From: an uncultured Alphaproteobacteria bacterium
GTDB taxonomy: Bacteria; Pseudomonadota; Alphaproteobacteria; Rhizobiales; Beijerinckiaceae
NCBI GenBank assembly: GCA_963749715.1
Contig: CAVVNR010000016.1
Location: 8,245-72,244 of the forward strand
Direction of reading: 5' to 3'
Length of the DNA: 64,000 nucleotides
Below the pieces are notes generated by a model that worked only from the letters and a program-made list of their open reading frames with translations, searched no databases and had not been told where the DNA came from. Shown in pieces: positions 1 through 10,461 of this stretch (the stretch's first letter is position 1; every line of letters starts with the position of its first letter). Position numbers and translations under genes: made by a program.

Positions 1-2
1 GG

Positions 3-131
3 GCGCCCCATCGCGTCGCCGAACTGAAGGAGATCGATACCTTCGTCGTCGAGCACGACGCCGCTTCGGACGAACTCGACAAACTGGCCGCGGCCGGCTG
101 CGAGATCCTGATGGCCGACCAGCCCGCATGA
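3..131 (+). CDS. C-terminal end of a DeoR/GlpR-family transcriptional regulator (partial)
   Basis: Frame 3 reads APHRVAELKEIDTFVVEHDAASDELDKLAAAGCEILMADQPA*, resembling the DeoR sensor-domain C-terminus. It precedes an MFS gene. Confidence 0.6.
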   Translation, partial: APHRVAELKEIDTFVVEHDAASDELDKLAAAGCEILMADQPA

Positions 132-168
132 GCTTCAGAGCGGGACAACCCTACCGGGAGTTTCAGCC

Positions 169-1329
169 TTGTTGACAGCAAACAGGCCGGAAACGCGGCT
201 TGCAACCCGGCTCGCCTTTCTGGTGGCCGGCTTTGGCGTCGCCTGCTGGGCGCCGCTTGTTCCTTTCGCCAAAGAAAGGCTTCAAGTCGACGATGGCGCG
301 TTGGGACTGTTGCTGCTCTGCCTCGGCGTCGGGTCCGTTGTCGCCATGGTCCTGGCCGGCGTCATCAACGCGCGGTACGGAAGCAGACCCGTCATCATCG
401 CAGGCGGGTTCGGTCTTGCCATCCTGCTGCCGTTGCTGGTCGTTGTCGGATCGCCGCTCGCCCTCGGGGTGACGCTCTTTGCATTTGGCGCGGCCCTCGG
501 CTCCCTCGATGTCGCGATGAACATTCATGCGGTCGAGGTCGAGCGCGCCGCCATGCAGCCGCTCATGTCAGGGTTCCACGCCCTGTTCAGCGTCGGCGGG
601 TTTGCCGGCGCGACGCTGATTACCTTTCTTATCTCGCTGAACATCGCCCCAATTGCGAGCACGTTGTTTGCGTCCATCTTGATGACGATTGCGACGGCTT
701 TCGCAGCTCCCCGTTTGCTGCGCGCCTCGCGTTCCGAGAAGACGCCCCTGTTCGTCGCACCACGCGGGATCGTCCTTTTGCTCGCGGCGCTGGCCTTGGT
801 GATGTTCCTTGTCGAAGCTGCGATTCTCGACTGGAGCGCCTTGCTCGTCACCGGTAAGGGGCTCGTCAGCGAGGCGCGGGGAGGGCTCGGCTACTCGATC
901 TTCGCGATCGCCATGACCGCGGGACGGTTTAGCGGCGATTTCGTCTCGGCGCGGATCGGTGATCGCGCGATTTTGTTTTGGGGTGGGCTCGCGACGATCG
1001 GAGGCTTCGCCCTCGTTCTATCGGCGCCGATCGCGTCAGTCGCCATGAGCGGTTTTCTGCTGATTGGCCTCGGAGCTTCGAACATCGTGCCAGTCCTGTT
1101 CCGCGGCGCTGGCGCGCAGCGCGTGATGCCGGCGGGTCTTGCGGTCGCGGCCATCACGACCGCCGGATACGCCGGCAATCTTGTCGGCCCGGCTGCGATC
1201 GGCTTTGTCGCCAAAGCGGCGGGGCTTCCGGTGGCGTTTTGGCTGCTCGCCGCGCTCGTCGGCGCAGTCGTCTTGAGTGCGCGAGCCGTTACGGCTACGA
1301 GCCTGAAAGGAGTCGGCCAGGCGGCCTAA
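169..1329 (+). CDS. MFS transporter (YbjJ-like)
   Basis: 386 aa with about 12 hydrophobic segments, an MFS loop motif (INARYGSR; SARIGDR) and GGAG upstream of TTG. Confidence 0.85.
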   Translation: MLTANRPETRLATRLAFLVAGFGVACWAPLVPFAKERLQVDDGALGLLLLCLGVGSVVAMVLAGVINARYGSRPVIIAGGFGLAILLPLLVVVGSPLALGVTLFAFGAALGSLDVAMNIHAVEVERAAMQPLMSGFHALFSVGGFAGATLITFLISLNIAPIASTLFASILMTIATAFAAPRLLRASRSEKTPLFVAPRGIVLLLAALALVMFLVEAAILDWSALLVTGKGLVSEARGGLGYSIFAIAMTAGRFSGDFVSARIGDRAILFWGGLATIGGFALVLSAPIASVAMSGFLLIGLGASNIVPVLFRGAGAQRVMPAGLAVAAITTAGYAGNLVGPAAIGFVAKAAGLPVAFWLLAALVGAVVLSARAVTATSLKGVGQAA

Positions 1330-1373
1330 AGGATTGCCGCGATCCCGACAACCAGTCCAAGGACCCATCGTTT

Positions 1374-2282
1374 ATGAAAGTGCAATTCCAAACGGTCGAC
1401 GTCTTCACCGATCGGCAGTTCGGCGGCAACCCTTTGGCGGTGATTCCCGATGCGCGCGGCGTTTCGGACGCTCAAATGCAGGCCATCGCCAATGAATTCA
1501 ATCTCGCCGAGACAGCGTTTGTGTCGCCTCCGGCCGATCCTACGAACACGGCTCGCGTACGCATCTTTACGCCTCGCGCCGAGATGCCGTTCGCGGGTCA
1601 TCCAAATGTGGGTACGGCATTTGTTCTGGCGCGCCAGGACAAGGTCTGCGGCAACGCCTTCGATCGTGAGAACATGGTCTTCGAGGAAATCGCCGGACTC
1701 GTGCGAATGACGATTGACACGAAGGGAAGCCTTGTCACGGGAGCGGCTTTGGCCGCGCCCCAACAATTTCGCATCATTCGCGATTTCGACGTTGCAACGA
1801 TCGCTGCGGCGTGCTCGCTTGATCCGGCGGATATCGAGACGCGGCGGCGTTCGCCATGTCTGGCCAGTTCCGGCGCGCCATTCGTTATCGCCGAGGTGCG
1901 CGATCGAGCCGCGTTGCGGCGCGCCCAACAGCGCATGGATGTCTTCCTCGCGCATTTGCCGCGAGACGAAGCGACCGGAATTCACCTCTACGTGGAGGAC
2001 GACAAGGAGGGCGCTGACTTTCAGACACGCATGTTTGCGCCGCTGCATGGCGTCTTCGAGGACCCTGCGACCGGCAGCGCGAATGTCGCGCTGGTCGGGC
2101 TGCTTGCCCATCTGCGGCCCGAAATATCCTTGCGGCTCGAAGTCGAGATTGGACAGGGCATTGATCTGGGGCGACCGAGCCGGATGCGCGCGGTCGCCGA
2201 AAAAACGAACGGCGTCGTTACGCGGACGTTCATTGGCGGCGACTGCAGGCCGGTGATGTCGGGCTCGATTGATCTGCAATAG
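1374..2282 (+). CDS. PhzF-family isomerase/epimerase
   Basis: VDVFTDRQFGGNPLAV, NLAETAF, RIFTPRAEMPFAGHP and EDPATGSAN motifs. ATG at 1374 is in frame with ORF 978..2282. Confidence 0.9.
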   Translation: MKVQFQTVDVFTDRQFGGNPLAVIPDARGVSDAQMQAIANEFNLAETAFVSPPADPTNTARVRIFTPRAEMPFAGHPNVGTAFVLARQDKVCGNAFDRENMVFEEIAGLVRMTIDTKGSLVTGAALAAPQQFRIIRDFDVATIAAACSLDPADIETRRRSPCLASSGAPFVIAEVRDRAALRRAQQRMDVFLAHLPRDEATGIHLYVEDDKEGADFQTRMFAPLHGVFEDPATGSANVALVGLLAHLRPEISLRLEVEIGQGIDLGRPSRMRAVAEKTNGVVTRTFIGGDCRPVMSGSIDLQ

Positions 2283-2351
2283 AGCGTTCCACCCAAACGC
2301 CGCCTGGGCCTATGATGGCGCGGTCCGGCCGCTCGCGTCGAAGGAGGCTAA

Positions 2352-3881
2352 GTGTCGCGATCGCATTCCGCCAACCTCTTCGATCTCATGGCGGCGCGCG
2401 CGCCGCACCCGGAGAAGGTTGCGCTCGAGACCGCCGACGGCGCGGCGCTCACCTACGGCGAGCTTTTCGCGCGCTCGGCGCAGGCTGCTCACGCGCTGGT
2501 CGAGCTCGGGGTCACGCCCGGCGACCGGGTCGCGGCGCAGGTCGAAAAATCGACCGACGTGATCGTGGTCGCGCTGGCCTGCCTTCGCGCCGGCGCGGTC
2601 CTCTTGCCGTTGAACACCGCCTATACTCTGGCCGAGCTCGAATATTTCCTCGGCGACGCCGAGCCGGCGCTCATTCTCTGCCGGCCCGATTGGCTGGAGC
2701 CGGTTCGAGCGCTCGCGCTCAAGCTCGGCCTGAAGCGGGTCGAAAGCCTCGGCGTCGCGCGCGATGGAACCTTCGCCGGGAAAATCGCCGCCGCGCCCCC
2801 CGCGTTCGAGACGGTCCCGCGCGCGAGCGGCGATCTGGCCGCGATCCTCTACACTTCGGGGACCACCGGCCGCTCGAAGGGGGCGATGCTGACGCACGAG
2901 AATCTCGCGTCGAACGCGCTGACGCTGATCGACTGCTGGCGCTTCACCTCGGCGGACAGGCTCATTCACGCGCTGCCGGTCTTTCATACCCACGGGTTGT
3001 TCGTGGCGGTCAATGTCGCGCTTCTGTCGGGGGCGACGATGATCTACATGAACCGGTTCGATCCGGAGGCGGCGATCGCGGCGATGCCGGATGCGACGGC
3101 GATGATGGGGGTGCCGACCTTCTATACCCGCCTTATCGACCATCCGGGGCTTAGCCGCGAGACTTGCGCCAATATGCGCCTCTTCGTCTCGGGCTCGGCG
3201 CCGCTGCTCGCCGAGACCCACCACGCCTGGCGGGAGCGGACCGGCTTTTCGATCCTCGAGCGCTACGGCATGACCGAGACCAACATGATCACGACGAACC
3301 CCTATGACGGCGAGCGCCGGCCGGGGACGGTCGGCTTTGCGCTGCCGGGGGTGAGCGTCAGGATCGCGAGCCCGGACGGCGGCGCGCCGGTCGAGGCCGG
3401 CGAGGTCGGCGTCATCGAGGTCAAGGGGCCGAACGTCTTCGCCGGCTACTGGCGGATGCCGGAGAAGACGGCGCAGGAGTTTCGCGCCGACGGCTATTTC
3501 ATCACCGGCGATCTCGCCCGCGTCGATCGCGAAGGCTATATCCATATCGTCGGCCGAGCGAAGGACCTGGTGATTTCCGGTGGCTTCAACGTCTATCCCA
3601 AGGAGGTGGAGACCGAGATCGACGCCATCGAGGGCGTGCTCGAAAGCGCCGTCTTCGGCGTCGCCCACGCCGATTTCGGCGAAGGCGTGACGGCGGCGGT
3701 GGTCCCGCGTCCCGGAGCGGCGCTGACCGAGCAGGCGATCCTGGCGGCGCTCAGCTCCCGCTTGGCCAAGTTCAAGGCGCCCAAGCGCGTCATGATCGTC
3801 GAATCGCTGCCGCGCAATGCGATGGGCAAGGTGCAAAAGGCGGCGCTGCGGGAAACCTATAAGGACATCTACCGCGCCTGA
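2352..3881 (+). CDS. matB: Malonyl-CoA synthetase (acyl-CoA ligase)
   Basis: AMP-binding motif YTSGTTGRSKG plus HALPVFHTHGLFV, ERYGMTET and RNAMGKVQK, typical of MatB. Confidence 0.85.
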   Translation: MSRSHSANLFDLMAARAPHPEKVALETADGAALTYGELFARSAQAAHALVELGVTPGDRVAAQVEKSTDVIVVALACLRAGAVLLPLNTAYTLAELEYFLGDAEPALILCRPDWLEPVRALALKLGLKRVESLGVARDGTFAGKIAAAPPAFETVPRASGDLAAILYTSGTTGRSKGAMLTHENLASNALTLIDCWRFTSADRLIHALPVFHTHGLFVAVNVALLSGATMIYMNRFDPEAAIAAMPDATAMMGVPTFYTRLIDHPGLSRETCANMRLFVSGSAPLLAETHHAWRERTGFSILERYGMTETNMITTNPYDGERRPGTVGFALPGVSVRIASPDGGAPVEAGEVGVIEVKGPNVFAGYWRMPEKTAQEFRADGYFITGDLARVDREGYIHIVGRAKDLVISGGFNVYPKEVETEIDAIEGVLESAVFGVAHADFGEGVTAAVVPRPGAALTEQAILAALSSRLAKFKAPKRVMIVESLPRNAMGKVQKAALRETYKDIYRA

Positions 3882-4009
3882 CGACGCGCCTCACAGGAGA
3901 GCGTGAGCGAACGCGCCCGAACACGCGCACATGGCCATGCGCCGTCGATTTTCGCAATTGTCAGCGTCGGCGTTGTTGCCGCGGGTTTCGCGATCCTCAT
4001 GACCGAAAT

Positions 4010-4137
4010 CCGTCGTCGCGAGGAGCGAAGCGACGTGGCGATCCGGAGTCGCACGGCTCCAAAGTTCCCCCGGATTGCTTCGCCAAAGCCCGTCGAAAGA
4101 CGGGCGTCTTTCGACGCCCCATGCCTCGCAACGACGG
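4010..4137. repeat. REP/MITE-like palindromic intergenic repeat with an inner hairpin module
   Basis: Terminal inverted repeat CCGTCGTCGCGAGG...CCTCGCAACGACGG, internal GCGAAGCGAC...ATCC/GGATTGCTTCGC and inner palindrome CGTCGAAAGAC-GGGC-GTCTTTCGACG. Lies between convergent genes. Confidence 0.75.
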
Positions 4138-4173
4138 GCGCTTTGGCGTCTTAACGAGTTACGCTCCGACGCC

Positions 4174-7100
4174 CTACCCGAGGCGGCCCGAGGCGTGGGC
4201 GAGGATGGTGTAGACCTTGCCGGTGTTGGACAGGAGATAGGCGCGCCACTGCGAGCCGTCCCGGTCGTTCTGGCTGATCTTGGCCAACAGGCGCTCGAAT
4301 TCCTGCATGTAGCGTGTCGTCGTGTCGCGGAACTGCGGGTCGGCGCGATAGCGGCGCCGGATTTCGTCGAACGCCTGTTGGCCGGCCTCGGTGTAGAGGC
4401 GGCGCGACACGGCGGCGCTGTCGCCGCGGCGCCATCGATCCCACATTTCGACCGCGGCCGCATTGTCGATGAGGCCGGCGATTTCCTGCGTCAGCGCCTC
4501 GAGCGTCTCGCCTCCCTTGGGCAGGTCGGCCTCCGGCTCGTCGCGCGAGGCGGCCGCGAGCAGGCTCGAGAGCCAGCCTGCCTGGCCGCGGTCGGCGGCC
4601 GAGGGCGACGGTGGCGAAGCCGGCGTGGCCGAGGGCTGGGGCGGGACGGCGGAGGGCGCGGGCCAGGGCTGCGGCGGGGCGCGGCCGAGCGGCAAGCTCA
4701 GTTCCGGAACCGCGATCCGCCCTGGTGGGGGGCTCTCGACGATCGGCCCGGAGATCGCCTCGGCGATTCGCGCCAGCGCGCTCTCGCGTGGCGGGGCTGT
4801 CTCGGCGCTGCGCACGGCTTCGGCGGCGCGCGGCTGCGGCCTGTCAAAACGTGCGCCCACCGCCACCGGCGCCGCGATGGCGAGCGGCGCGGGTTCCGCG
4901 ACGTCGAAGGTCCCGCCCGAGTCCGAAACCAGCGCCGCAAGCTCCTTCAACGCCCGGATCTGGTCGGAAACGACGCGGCGCATCGCGTCGGCCGTTTCGC
5001 TCGTCTCCCGCGGCAGATCGAGGACGCCGCGGCGCAGCTCCTGCCGCGTCTCTTCGAGCTCGCGTTGGACCTGGCTCGCCATGTCCTTCACCTCGGCGAC
5101 CGATTGACGGAAGCGGTCGGCGGCGTGCTCGAGCGCGCCCGAAAGCTGGGCGTTGGTCTGCTCGACAGTCGCTTGCAGCGTCTGCGCCGTGCGCTCCCGC
5201 TCCTTGGCCGCCGTGTCGCGAATGTTTTCGAACTGGCCGGCGACGGCGATCGACGCGCCCCTGGTGGCGGAGGCGAGGGTGGCGCCGATCTCCTGCGCGC
5301 GAGCCTGCGCCCTGGCGAAGCTGTCCTCGACGTTGGCGGCGAACCGCCCGAGCGTCGCCTCGAACGCTTCGCCGCGGCCGGAGAGATCGCCGATCAGCGC
5401 CTGCAGGCTGCTTTGGCGATGGGCGAGGGCATGGTCGAGCGACTGCTGTTGCTGACCGAGATCCCGCCCGACCGCGGCAAGGGTTTCCGCGTGCTGGGCG
5501 AGCTGCCCGACGAGCGCGCCGGCCTCGGTCTGGGTCGCGGTCGAAAGCCGTCCCAGCGTGGCGACCTGCGAGCTGATCGCCCCGAGCGCATGCTGGAATT
5601 CATCGACGCGGGCGGCGAGCCCGCTCTGAACCGCGGCGAGCCGGTCGCCCGCCGAACCGATCGTCCGATCGATGGCGGCGCTGGTCTGACCGAGATTGTC
5701 GATCACCAAGGTCAATTCGTTGCGCAGCCGGTCGCCGGCGCCGGCGAGCGCCTCGACCGAATTTCCTGCGCTGCGGGCGACCGCCTCGCCCAGCGAGGCG
5801 CTGGTCGCCTCGACCTGCCCGGTCAGCCGCCTCAGGAGCGCGTCGATCGTCTCGGCCGAGCGATTGGTCGCCTCGGCGGCGACGTTGCGCAGCGCCTCGC
5901 TGGAATCGGCCACTTCGGAGCGCAATTGCCCGGTCAGCGCGCTCAAGGCGCGCACCGGGTCCGACGCGCTGCCGTTGACGGCGGCGATCAGCTCGTCGGT
6001 GCGCCGGGTCAGGAGCGCCGAGAGGCTCGCCATCTGCTGGTCGAGCGTATGCATCGCGCGCTCGCCGACGCCGGCGATCCTCGCCGACACATCCTCGCCG
6101 CGCTCGCCGAGCGCAGCCACGAGGTCGGCGCCTTTGCCTTCGATGACCTCGCGCAGATCGTCGACCCGCGTCCTGATCTCGCCGGCGACGCTGGCTCCGC
6201 GCGCCGCCCAGGTCGAATCGGCGTCCGACGCCGTTCTCGCCAGGACCTCGCTCATCGCTTGAATGCGCCCGGCCAGGCGCTCGTCGATGCTCTCGGCGTT
6301 GCGGTTGGCCGCCTCGACGAGGTCCGCCAGGCGCGCGTCGATGATGCGCGCGCTTTGATCCGCGGCCTCGGAGAGGGCCGCCAGGCGCGCGTCAAAGACC
6401 TGCGCGCTCTGTCTCGCGGCGTCGGCGACGACGGTCCGGTGCGATTCGACCGCGGCGCCGATCGAGGCCTTGTGCAGGTCGAGCAGGCCCGAGACCCGCC
6501 CGGCGTGGTCGCCCACCTTGTCTTCAAGCTCCGCCCGGCTCGAATCGAAACGGCGGCTGAGGTCCTGCATCGGCCCGACGACCTGCTCCTTGAACTGATC
6601 GACGCTGACGCCGAGCGAGCGCGACACATCCTCGACCCGGCCGGTCAAGGTCACGTTGATGTCGCGAGCGACCGTCGACAGCGTCTGCGTCAGCTCTTCG
6701 GCCCGTCTTTGCAGGGTTTCGCCGATTTCCGCCGATTTGGCGCTCATGCCCTGCACCAGCTCGCGCCCGCCGTCCCCGAGGGTCTTGGCGGCCTCGAGGG
6801 TGTTGCGGGCGAGCAATTCCGTCAGCGCCCGGCCCCGCTGGGCAAGCGCGTCCTCGATCCGCATGAGCAAGCTTTCGAGTGTCGTCGAGACGTCCCGAAG
6901 CTTGGCTCCGGCGCGCTCCTCGACCGCCTGCAGGCGGGAGTCGAACAGGGCGGCCGCCTCCGCGTTGCGCTGCCCGAGCTTTTCGTCGATCGCGCCGCCG
7001 CGGTGGACAAGGGTGTCCTCGATCTGGTCGAGTTTGGCGCCGAGATCGGAGGCGAGCAACGCCGATCGATCGCCGATCTGTCCGATGAGCTCGCGGCCCC

Positions 7101-10100
7101 GCCCGTCGATTGCGCCCTCGAACCGCGCGATGGCGTCGCCGAGCGAAGTCTCGATGCGTCGAGAATGGGAGGCGAGAGACGAGTCGACCGCATTGCGATG
7201 CGCGGCGGTCGCAGCCTCGAGCTGCTCGACACGCGCCGCAGAACTTGTCGCCAGATGACCCGCGTGGTCGACGAACCGCTTGTCGAAGTCGTCGCGGCGC
7301 GCCCGCATCATCGCGTCGATCGCGTCGAGATGTCCGGCGATGCGGGCGTTGAGCTCGTCGGAATGAGTTCCCAGGCGATCGATGACGTTGTGCCCGCTTT
7401 CGCCGACCAGCCCATCCAGCGCCTCGAGATATTCGCGCATGCGCTCGGTCTGCTGCGACACCGCGTCCACGAGGCGCGCGGCGCGGTGGTTGACGATGCC
7501 GTCGAAGGCCGCGATCTGCTCGCTCAGCGCGTCGTGCACGCTGCCCGCTCCGTTGGCCGCGGCGGCGGCCGCGCCGCTGGCAAGCGCGGTGAAGCGTTCG
7601 TTGATCTGCGCCGTCTCCGCGTTCATCCTGGCCAGCGATTGCGTGGTCGAGGCTTCGATTTGCGCCTGGGCGATCGCGCCCTCGGCCGAGATCGCGCCGA
7701 CGAGGCGGCGGGTCGATTCGTCGAACAGGGTCTCGAGCGCGCCATTCTGGTCGTCGATCGCGCCGCGCAACTGGCTGTCGCGGGCGTCGAACCGCTCGCC
7801 CCAGCGGGCTGCCGCGGCGTCCAGGACCGCAGCGGCGTCTTCGGCGCGATCCCCGATCAGGGACGTCAGCCGTTCGCTCGATCCGGTCAGCCTGTCCTCC
7901 AGGACCTGGCCGCGCACGACGACGGTCTCGTGAAGCCGGTCGGCGGCGTCGTTGAGGCGGGCGACGAGGGTGTCGCCGTGGACGACGATGGTGTCGGAGA
8001 GCCTTGCGCCGCCGGCTTCGAGCCGCTCGATCAGCACATTCGATCGGGCGCTGAAATCGCCGCCGACCGCGTCGGTTGACTGGGCGAGCCGGTCGGCGAC
8101 CAAATCGCCTTGGGCGCGGATCGCATCGACGGTCTGTGCGCCGCTCGCGCTCACGCGGTTGACCACGTCGTCGGCAAACGCATCGACGGCGTTGCGGGTC
8201 GCGGCCGATGCCTCGGCGAGCTGATCGGCGACCGAATCGCCCTGGGCGCGGATCGCCTCGACGGCTTGCAGGCCGCTCGAGCTCACGCGGTTGACGACGT
8301 CGTCCGCGTATGCGCCGACCGCGCCGCGCGTCGCCGCCGAAGTCTCCAGCAGGCGATCGGCGACGGAGTCGCCGTGGAAGCGGATCGCCTCGACGGTTTG
8401 GACGCCGCTGGCGCTGACGCGGCCGACGACCTCGTCCGCGTAGGCCATGGCCGCGCCGCGGGCGGCCGCCGAGGACTGGGCGAGTTGGTCGGCGACGGCG
8501 TCGCCGTGCAGGCGGATCGCCTCGACGGTTTGCGCGCCGCTGGCGCTGACGCGGCCGACGACCTCGTCGGCGTAGTCGGCGGCGGCGCCGCGCGTCGCCG
8601 CCGAGGACTGGGCGAGCTGGTCGGCGACGGAATCGCCATGGAGGCGGATCGCCTCGACGGTTTGCGCCCCGCTCGCGCCGACGCGGCCGACGACTTCGTC
8701 GGCGTATGCGGCGACGGCGCCGCTCATCGCGGCCGATGCCCCGGCAAGCTGAGCGGCGACCGCGTCGCCGTGGGCATTGATGGCGTCGGCGGCCTCCGAC
8801 AGCCGGGATGTCAGGATATCGCCGTGTGCTCTGAGAGTCTGGGCGGCCTCGGCGCTGCTCGAGGAAACGCGGCTCACGACCGCGTCGGCGTGGGCGCCGA
8901 TGGCGTTGCTGGCCAATTCGGCGGCGTCGGAGAGGCGATTGGCGACGGAGTCGCCGTGGGCGCGAATGGCGTCGAGGACCTCGGCGCTGCTGGCGTTGAT
9001 CCGCCCGACGACGTCGTCGCCGTGAGCGCCAAACGCGCCCGTCAGTGCGAACGAGGCCTCGGCGAGTCGATCGGCGATCGTGTCTCCGTGCCCCTTGATC
9101 GCCTCGACGGCTCGGGCGCTGCTGGCGCCGATGCGGCCGACCACCTCGTCGGCGTGGGCGCCGACGGCGCTTCGCGCGAACTCGGCCGCGTCGGCAAGCC
9201 GCGTCGCCACCCGATCGCCGTGCGCGCCGACCGCCTCGACGACCGCGTCCTGCGAGGTCTGAATCCGTTCGATCAGATCGTCGCCACGTTCGCCCAGACG
9301 GGAGAGCAGGGCGTCGCCGACCGCTTTGAACCGGTTGTCGACTTCGCCGACCCGCGCCAGGATGTCGCCGGCGGCCTTCTGGCTGGTGTCGGCCAGGCGA
9401 TCGGCGAGACTGTCGCCGATGCCGGCGATCGATGCGCTCATCCGCGCGCCCTCCGCGACAATGCGCCCGACCGTCGCCGAGCCGGCGCCCTCCAGCCCGA
9501 GGGCGATGTCGTCGGACGCCGCCCCAAGCGATGCGGTGAGCCGCTGACCGGTTTCGACCAGGCGATCGCTGAGATTGACGCTGGCGGAGTTGAGGTCTCC
9601 GGTGATGCCGTCGTGGGCGGTCGCTATGGCGTCGCGGACCCGCGTCCCGCTGGTCACGATCGCCTCGCGCTGATCGGCCATTTCGGCGATCAAGAGCCGA
9701 ATCTTTCGCTCATTGTCGGAATAGGAGCGCTCGAGGGTCGAAACCTCGGACCGCACCCGGGTCTCGAGCTCCGCGGCGCGCGCGAGCGCGCGTTCGACCC
9801 CATCCCCCATGGACGTCAGCTCGCGACGGATGGCCTGTGACAGGTTCGTCATATGCTCGCCCGCCATGGTCTCGGGCTCGGCCAGACGCACCGCGACCTG
9901 GGAGATCGCGCGCGCGGATTGCCTGAGCTCGCGCAGCCGCCGCGACAGCGCGGCGAAGGCGAACATGCAGAAGATCGGCGCCAGCGCCGCCAGCAGGAAC
10001 AGCGGCGTCTCGGGCCGCAGCAACATCTCCTCCGGGCGCCGCGGCGCCGAGGGCCAAAGGGCCACATAGGCGTAGAGCGCCGAGATCGCCGCCCAGAGGA

Positions 10101-10461
10101 GCGAGCCGATCAGGGCCAGGATGAACGGCGTCCGGCTCGCAGGACGCGCGTTCATCGCCTGCAGGATGGCGCCGACGGTCTCGCGGTCGTCGTTTGCCGG
10201 CGTGGATGTGGGAATCGCCGGCTTGGCTTCGCTCTCGTGACCGCTCGGCCCGGGCCGAAGCAGGCTCGAGCTCTCGGCGGCGAGCGGGCTCGGCTTGAGA
10301 ACCGGGGTCGCGGTCGTCGCTTTGGCCGGGACGAGCTGGGGAGGGGAAGCGCTCCCGCCCGAGGCGAGGGCGGCCTCGTCGTCGTCGGTCAAGTTCAGCG
10401 CGCTTTCGATCGCCGACATTGCCGCGGAAACAGGATCCGTCGCCGGATTTTGTTTTGCCAT
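4174..10461 (-). CDS. rgsE: Giant apolipoprotein-repeat coiled-coil polar growth protein (GPR/RgsE-like), 2,095 aa
   Basis: Start MAKQNPATDPVSAAMSAIESAL, two N-terminal TM segments, a long amphipathic 11/22-mer helical region and C-terminal FDEIRRRY...RYMQEFERLL...TGKVYTILAHASGRLG. Divergent from Hpt-ferredoxin-FNR as recalled for Rhizobiales. Confidence 0.75.
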   Translation of the reverse strand: MAKQNPATDPVSAAMSAIESALNLTDDDEAALASGGSASPPQLVPAKATTATPVLKPSPLAAESSSLLRPGPSGHESEAKPAIPTSTPANDDRETVGAILQAMNARPASRTPFILALIGSLLWAAISALYAYVALWPSAPRRPEEMLLRPETPLFLLAALAPIFCMFAFAALSRRLRELRQSARAISQVAVRLAEPETMAGEHMTNLSQAIRRELTSMGDGVERALARAAELETRVRSEVSTLERSYSDNERKIRLLIAEMADQREAIVTSGTRVRDAIATAHDGITGDLNSASVNLSDRLVETGQRLTASLGAASDDIALGLEGAGSATVGRIVAEGARMSASIAGIGDSLADRLADTSQKAAGDILARVGEVDNRFKAVGDALLSRLGERGDDLIERIQTSQDAVVEAVGAHGDRVATRLADAAEFARSAVGAHADEVVGRIGASSARAVEAIKGHGDTIADRLAEASFALTGAFGAHGDDVVGRINASSAEVLDAIRAHGDSVANRLSDAAELASNAIGAHADAVVSRVSSSSAEAAQTLRAHGDILTSRLSEAADAINAHGDAVAAQLAGASAAMSGAVAAYADEVVGRVGASGAQTVEAIRLHGDSVADQLAQSSAATRGAAADYADEVVGRVSASGAQTVEAIRLHGDAVADQLAQSSAAARGAAMAYADEVVGRVSASGVQTVEAIRFHGDSVADRLLETSAATRGAVGAYADDVVNRVSSSGLQAVEAIRAQGDSVADQLAEASAATRNAVDAFADDVVNRVSASGAQTVDAIRAQGDLVADRLAQSTDAVGGDFSARSNVLIERLEAGGARLSDTIVVHGDTLVARLNDAADRLHETVVVRGQVLEDRLTGSSERLTSLIGDRAEDAAAVLDAAAARWGERFDARDSQLRGAIDDQNGALETLFDESTRRLVGAISAEGAIAQAQIEASTTQSLARMNAETAQINERFTALASGAAAAAANGAGSVHDALSEQIAAFDGIVNHRAARLVDAVSQQTERMREYLEALDGLVGESGHNVIDRLGTHSDELNARIAGHLDAIDAMMRARRDDFDKRFVDHAGHLATSSAARVEQLEAATAAHRNAVDSSLASHSRRIETSLGDAIARFEGAIDGRGRELIGQIGDRSALLASDLGAKLDQIEDTLVHRGGAIDEKLGQRNAEAAALFDSRLQAVEERAGAKLRDVSTTLESLLMRIEDALAQRGRALTELLARNTLEAAKTLGDGGRELVQGMSAKSAEIGETLQRRAEELTQTLSTVARDINVTLTGRVEDVSRSLGVSVDQFKEQVVGPMQDLSRRFDSSRAELEDKVGDHAGRVSGLLDLHKASIGAAVESHRTVVADAARQSAQVFDARLAALSEAADQSARIIDARLADLVEAANRNAESIDERLAGRIQAMSEVLARTASDADSTWAARGASVAGEIRTRVDDLREVIEGKGADLVAALGERGEDVSARIAGVGERAMHTLDQQMASLSALLTRRTDELIAAVNGSASDPVRALSALTGQLRSEVADSSEALRNVAAEATNRSAETIDALLRRLTGQVEATSASLGEAVARSAGNSVEALAGAGDRLRNELTLVIDNLGQTSAAIDRTIGSAGDRLAAVQSGLAARVDEFQHALGAISSQVATLGRLSTATQTEAGALVGQLAQHAETLAAVGRDLGQQQQSLDHALAHRQSSLQALIGDLSGRGEAFEATLGRFAANVEDSFARAQARAQEIGATLASATRGASIAVAGQFENIRDTAAKERERTAQTLQATVEQTNAQLSGALEHAADRFRQSVAEVKDMASQVQRELEETRQELRRGVLDLPRETSETADAMRRVVSDQIRALKELAALVSDSGGTFDVAEPAPLAIAAPVAVGARFDRPQPRAAEAVRSAETAPPRESALARIAEAISGPIVESPPPGRIAVPELSLPLGRAPPQPWPAPSAVPPQPSATPASPPSPSAADRGQAGWLSSLLAAASRDEPEADLPKGGETLEALTQEIAGLIDNAAAVEMWDRWRRGDSAAVSRRLYTEAGQQAFDEIRRRYRADPQFRDTTTRYMQEFERLLAKISQNDRDGSQWRAYLLSNTGKVYTILAHASGRLG
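8070..9228 (-). repeat. Intragenic tandem repeat: 22-aa units, with a 132-bp (44-aa) period in the best-conserved part
   Basis: GCGGATCGC[C/A]TCGACGG recurs at 8116, 8248, 8380, 8512 and 8644, spaced exactly 132 bp. Protein unit approximates AYADEVVGRVSASGAQTVEAI-RLHGDSVADQLAQSSAATRGAA. Confidence 0.9.

Noticed and set aside
3903-4154. 83-aa ORF after matB
   Set aside because: Runs through a REP element and has no recognisable domain.
8070-8710. Regularly spaced repeats as a possible CRISPR array
   Set aside because: The 132-bp period is in-frame coding repetition. The intervening sequences are also similar to each other and no cas genes are present.
4075-9840. Very long plus-strand ORFs (1334 aa and 576 aa)
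   Set aside because: Antisense shadows of the GC-rich, codon-biased rgsE-like gene. Arg/Gly-rich with no motifs.
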